64,000 nucleotides of DNA from the human T2T-CHM13v2.0 reference genome, Homo sapiens. Position numbers and translations under genes: made by a program. Location of the stretch: assembly GCF_009914755.1 (NCBI RefSeq), contig NC_060926.1; one strand, written 5' to 3'. The notes beneath the pieces were generated by a model, which saw only the letters and a program-made list of their open reading frames with translations, was not told where the DNA came from and did no database searches. Positions 57,490 to 64,000 of this stretch are shown in pieces. The stretch's first letter is position 1. Each line of letters starts with the position of its first letter.

Positions 57490-58844
57490 GCAACTTTTAA
57501 TCTAGGTCTAGTTCCTAGCCCCACGAGGAAAGCAATTATCTGAGGGTTTTGCCCAATGCCTCACGTATCACAAAGTCTTTCTGGATGGTGGGAACACAGA
57601 CTATTTCCAGCTCTGGGTGAGCTCAGAGAATTGTTCTGCATTCTACTTTCTGGTGACTTTGTGCCAGACTCAGATAACTGCCTCTCCTGTATTCACAGAT
57701 GAACTCTCAGCCAAAGATTTGAAGGCTCTTCTCTGGCAATCTCCAGAACTCTCAGTCTCTCTTTGTAGCTCTCTCCTCTCCAGTATTTTGCCGTGAAAAT
57801 TCTTGCCATCTTGACCAAACTTCAATTTCTTTTTCTCAACTCAGGGAGACTACCAGGCCCTGTTTGGATTCTCTTCCCTTTGCTGAATCTTGAAAACTTC
57901 TTCTAGACAGTGAGCTGGAGAAACGTTAGGGAATTATTTACTTATCTTCTCTACAGGCCCCTGAACTTTTTAAATCACCCAGTTTATAGAAAACATTGTT
58001 TTTACCATTCTCTAGTTGTTTAAGACAGGAAGGTCTCTGTTACTCCATCTTGGCCAGAAGCAGAAATGTCCATGTATTTGTTTTGAACAAAATAGAATAT
58101 TGTCTTAAAACAACCTTTTAATATTTAAAATTTAACATCATAGAAAGAAGGAAAGAGACCCAATTATAAACACAGGATAAACCTTAGAGTTACGTCTTAC
58201 ATTTCTAACTTTAACACAGCAATTGAAGTGTAAAATTCTCATAGGGTAATTACGTTAATAAACCATTACCCTTTCACAGTTTTAGCAGTCAAATTTTGTA
58301 CACCAATAGAGTCCTTCAGGCTCCATGAATTTGGTTACAAATTCTGCTTGATAGGAACCTGTCTCAGGCCACTGAGCCTCGAGTCTATTTTTCCCCTTGA
58401 GATATGTAAGTATATTTCTAGGTAAATAAGAATTGGAAATGAGCCCCTTACCCTCACTCTAGTGATGGGCTAGGTCAGCCCAATATCTAATAGTGCTGAT
58501 GACCCAATAACTTTCTTTCGAAGACCATCTAACAAACAGCCAAGATTACTTAGCTAGATAGCAACAGAAAAACAATTTGAGAGCTTCAAGTATATTGAAC
58601 TTCTGGGATGAGGTTTTGCAATGAATCTGTAAAATTCTCACACATATTTGATTTTTTATATTACATATAATGACTCCTTTCATTTAAATATGGCTCTAAT
58701 TTTTATCTTTTTCTCTAAGTTACCATAAAAATTAAAATTTTGTTTTATATACACAAATGTTGGTTCTGTACACTGATTTTTACTGTTCTCTTAACACACC
58801 AACCACATCACTGCAATCATCATTCCTATGAAATACTTCTGTTT

Positions 58845-59271
58845 TGTAAAACAGCCATATATGCAAAGTAACCCCCCAAAATGCTGAAGGAGCTGAGAGA
58901 CCAAAGGGAAAGGTAGACAAATCCTGTTTGTCAGTATGGGATGATTCAGTGGGAGAACTTAGAGTTAGAAGTGTGGTCTTGGGTGGCCACAAGACAGGTA
59001 GATTGCCACACCATAACCCCCTAGACCCAGGGATTGTGTTTGGGGAAAAAGGATATGTGCTCTGGAAGGAATGTGTAGGTAGCTAAGGTATCACAGCCTA
59101 TGATTTCTGCAACAACATCAAGGGTTGTTTGGAAGAAAACTTACGGTGAATAGGTGTTCCTGCATAAAGAGTAATTTATCAACAACATTTTGGAGGCATT
59201 CCCAGACTTGGGGTTAGTTAGAAGTGACACGGCAGATTAACATTTAAGATTAAGTCATTCTTGTCCCGGTA
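58845..59271 (-). mobile_element. ERV LTR (LTR47-like)
   Basis: gaggcattcccagacttggggttagttagaagt...ggcagattaacatttaagat...agtcattcttg resembles the reverse LTR47 5' end. Confidence 0.6.
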
Positions 59272-60089
59272 TCTTCCATTCTGATATTTCAACTCTTCAA
59301 CTGGGAAGGTTATTTTTGTTTCAAAACCCGTCAGAAATTAATTTTGGCATAACCCCTTTACTCCTTCCAAGCTTCTTTGAAACTTTCATCATTTCTCTGA
59401 AATTATAACAACAGTATTTTTGTTTCCTTTGAAAAAGAAAATCCCTCATTTCACTTTGAAGCGTATTTTTAAAAGTGTGTAACACTCACTTGGTAAAAAT
59501 ATGATAATTTAAATTTAGACAAATGTCTATAAACTCGTATCATTGAGGAATTGTTTAGTACATTTGTTTCACAAACTTCCAGTATTTCAAATACTTAAAA
59601 ATCTACTCAATACCTACTGCAATGTAAATCATGTCTTATAAAAATTGACAATTTGGGAGTGATTGCTATTTTCCTATGCAAGATCCATTTTCTTGTCCCT
59701 TTTTAAGAGAACCAGAGAAATAACCCTAATGTTAGCTGGTTGGAATAAAGACTACATTTCCCAACTGCCCTTGCATGTGGGTAAGACTATGTGATTAAGT
59801 CCCAGTCAATGCGACATAAGCAGAAGCATCGTGTGGGACTTTTGAGAAACTCCTTAAAGTCAACTGGCCTCACTGGGAGCTGTGTCCTCTTTTGGCTTCT
59901 CTTCTTTCTCCTTCTTCCTCATAGCCTAGAATTCAGATTGACGGAGCTCCAGTAGCCAGCTTGCACGATGAAACAAACATGAGAATGGAAACCATACATT
60001 TGAAGGTTAGAAAGAGAGAAAGAGCTTGGGTCCTTGACGACTATGGAGCTACTTTATCAACCTTGTGCTGACCTCTTGCTTTCTCTTAA

Positions 60090-60789
<700 letters not shown>

Positions 60790-61319
60790 TATTTTTTTGT
60801 TATGTATAACATAAACTAATCCTAAGTAATACAACAATAGTGATATCATTTTGTAAATAATTCAAATCCTCAAAAACCTCAAACTATATGCATAAAAATA
60901 TACAGATATATTATAGGTGTAGGTACATATATTTATGTATACACATACACATGTGCATGGTGATCATATGCATACAGTGATTGGCATTTATTTCAGGAAG
61001 TTTGCTAAGACTCCTTTGTATTTGCATAGCCTGGTCTTTTGCCCGTTCTATCACAGGCCATGCCACATTTTATTAAAATGAATTTTGATTTTTTGTAGAA
61101 ATACTTTTATGATTGGCAAAAATACTTTTATCATTATTTTGTTTACCTATTTATTAATGAAAAAATAGCAACACTGATTTTAGTAAAACAGCCATAGAAA
61201 ATATAAAGTACTAGATTGGCTGCTGTTAATTCATTGCACTAAAAGATATATTATTGTGTGTTATCTTATATGCTTAGATAATGATGATCCCACCCATGAT
61301 ATCTTAGTCCATAGTGTTC

Positions 61320-61843
61320 TGTAATAACTAGCTACAAGATGGCCCTTAATGATTCTCATTTCTTATGCCATTTTGTATCCCCACCCACACTGAATTGGTG
61401 CTGGTTTTTTGCGCCTCATAGTATGTGGCAGAAGTGACAATGTGTGAACTCTGGGGCTGGGACATAGGAGGTATTTCAGGTTTCACCTTGCTCTCTGGGG
61501 TCACTTGCCCTGGGGGAGGCTAGCATCAGGTTGTGAGGACACTCAAATAACCCTATGGTGAAGTCCACATGGGGAGAAGAAGACTTGCCAAAACTGGCCT
61601 GCCAGGCATATGAGTGAGCCATCTTGGAATTGGATTCTCCAGCCCCCATCAAGCCTTCGGATGATGGCAGCTCCAGTTGAAATCTGACTCAGCTCCGTGA
61701 GAAACTCAGAGCCAGAATCATAAAATCAAGCTGCTCTTGAATTGATGGCCCACAGAATCCAAGAGAGATAAAAAATGACTGTGGTTACTTTAAGCCACTG
61801 TGTTTTGTGGTAATTTGCTACACAGCATTAGTAAATAAATAGA
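61320..61843 (+). mobile_element. MLT1F-like LTR, near full length
   Basis: caagatggccc...tggcagaagtgac...gtgagccatcttgga...taagccactgtgttttgtggtaatttgctacacagca. Confidence 0.8.
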
Positions 61844-63104
61844 TATGCTATGATTGATTATAGAACTTTGGATATTTTCATAGAAGTCAAATTGAGCTCA
61901 TCATTAGAGCTCTTTCTTCTCCTTTAACCTTTGGTAAATTTCTAATAATTCACAAAAGGTTTGTTTTTTTCTTTTTTTGGGAAAACAAAAACTTATTACT
62001 GGCAATCACAGGTTTACAAGAAATAAATATTTTCAACTCTAATTTTCAGGTATATTTTATCCTTTCTTGAAACTTATTTTGAGTGAGTAGATAATAATTT
62101 ATTAGCTACAGTTTTATTTTAAAGAGCTGTAGTCCAAAATTATTATTATTTCAGTTATTTCAGGCATTTTATTTCTAATTTCCTGAAAATTTTTAGAATT
62201 GTTTTTCCAGATAGAAACTCCTTGTATCATTAAGTAGATTTTTTACACAACTGATTTTCTTATTGACGTAATGGTAGACATGAAGGAATGTTAAAACGAT
62301 GCATCCTTGATAACTATATTCAACCTATTGAAAATCTGAAATTCAAAGTTCTTTGACATCTTACAATTGGCCTTGAATTGTTTTCTATGTTCTGATTTAA
62401 TTGTTACCCATGGCCCAAATACCCTATCTCCACATGTTCTGAGGTGTAGATTTGGGGTCTGTGCTCTGGATTTAATCCCCATAGACCCCTGGCTAGGAAG
62501 GTGGAGTCTGCGCCTCGCTCTAACGTACAGGCTCCCAGGATCCAGGTGATACTTTCAGACTGCCTGGATGGGAGGCTCGATCTTTCTAGTTTATTCCATG
62601 CCTATGTGAAGGCCCCCGGCAGGTCCTATGGAAGGAATCACAGGTGACATGAGCCGAAAACTGCATTCAAGTCTCAGGTAAAAAGTAAGCTCTCCACTGA
62701 GGGGCCTGAAGGCAGGTGGACAGAGCGGGTAAGTGGTGTCTATTCTGACAGCAAGAAATCCCAAAGTCTGTGATTCTTTGGTGACATATGGCAAGGATTT
62801 TTAGAATGCAGAGAGGCTTTTACAAGGCCAGGTTCACCGTGCAGATGGATGGAAGCCAAGGGAGGTCTCTTTCCTTTGGATACTTCTTGCCCATTGAAGC
62901 ATCTGGAATTTGGCACAGGGTCTGTGATTTTTCTCACCATGGAAATCCTCTCTGTGGAAGAGCTCTGTGGTAACAGGGGCAGAGCTGATCTTGCTCAGAG
63001 ACCCTTGAAGAGCTGCAGCTTGTTGTGCATAAGGGACCTGTCTCCAGGTGGAAGGAGGAGGGTTGCTCACTGGTGATGGTGGCGGTACACATAGAATGAG
63101 ACCC

Positions 63105-63260
63105 ACTGGCTTTGGAGTTAGATGGATCTGGAGTTAGACAGATCCTAATTCACCAACTATGATGCTTTGGAAAAATTTACTCAGACTCACTATATCTCAG
63201 TCTTCTCATTCTATAAAAGCAGAATAATAAAACTTCCCTCGAAGGGTTGTTGGGACTATG
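63105..63260 (+). mobile_element. MIR
   Basis: ggctttggagttaga...tctcagtcttctcattctataaaa...gggttgttggga. Confidence 0.65.
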
Positions 63261-64000
63261 TGACTTCCGCCCAGCCCTTCACCCCATAATGGGTGAGTGC
63301 TCAAGAGATGAAGGCAATTATTCTTATCATCCAATTAACTCTAGATGTGCATTTAGGTTGTTGTGGGTGATAGCTGGCATAGCTATCTTCTCCTCTGCTC
63401 TCCCCTGGGTCCCCCAGGCCACCCCGGTCTCAAACTTGAGGCAAAGACCCAAAGAAACCTCTGAAGGAAGACACCTGGGCATAAAGTGAAAAGATTCTTG
63501 CAGAAGCCATTTTCCATTGTCAAAGACTAGAGAGCGAGCAAAGGAAGGGGGAGGCTGCTGGAAAGAGGAAAAAGGCAAAATACTCCCAGCCCCAAAGCAA
63601 GAATGACCTTCAGGTTGTCCCAAGAGAGCAATAGGGACAGAGGGACAGCTCAGTACTTAGCTTTCCAGAGTATAGACTCCACTGACACATCTTCTGGGGA
63701 CATCTGCTGTCCAACAGGTGTGGCCACTTGCTTCTGAGCAAAGAGTAGGAACCTGGGCACCAAGTCCCAAGAGTGGGGATGTAAAGCATAAGCCTTACTC
63801 CCTGACCAAGCACTAATGGAGAAAGACCAGGTGAGAACTGCCCTGTGGCCAGGACACAGGGGGCATCTTCTCCCCCTCCCCTGGTGCTGGGCCCTTGTCA
63901 CCATCCTTCCTTTGCCAACACATAGGTGGGACACAGATGCTAGATAGGTCACTCACAGACCCTAGGATAATGTGGCTCACAATAATTTGTACAGATATAT

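Overview
Primate genomic DNA, most likely human. Positions 1-20.1 kb hold the 3' part of SPP2 (secreted phosphoprotein 24, cystatin superfamily; 2q37.1 in human, from recall). Five coding exons (probably exons 3-7) splice cleanly into the spp24 C-terminal region (VEVLDENN...NTDFE*), followed by a non-coding last exon with AATAAA. The remaining ~44 kb is intergenic and dominated by transposable elements (Alu J/S/Y, L1PA/L1M, L2, MIR, MaLR/ERVL LTRs, MER82, MER2, MADE1) and simple repeats. I see no evidence of a new protein-coding system; almost all listed ORFs come from repeats. The most notable observations are: a CpG-dense 28-bp minisatellite with higher-order structure and a CA-to-CG gradient (38.9-39.5 kb); an apparently ancient local duplication (54.4 kb vs 61.05 kb); an Alu splitting a MADE1 palindrome inside an L1; a DR1/ONECUT motif cluster in an SPP2 intron; and a young AluYa5-like insertion. 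Repeat subfamily names were assigned by eye from remembered consensus features. Boundaries of old repeats are approximate.
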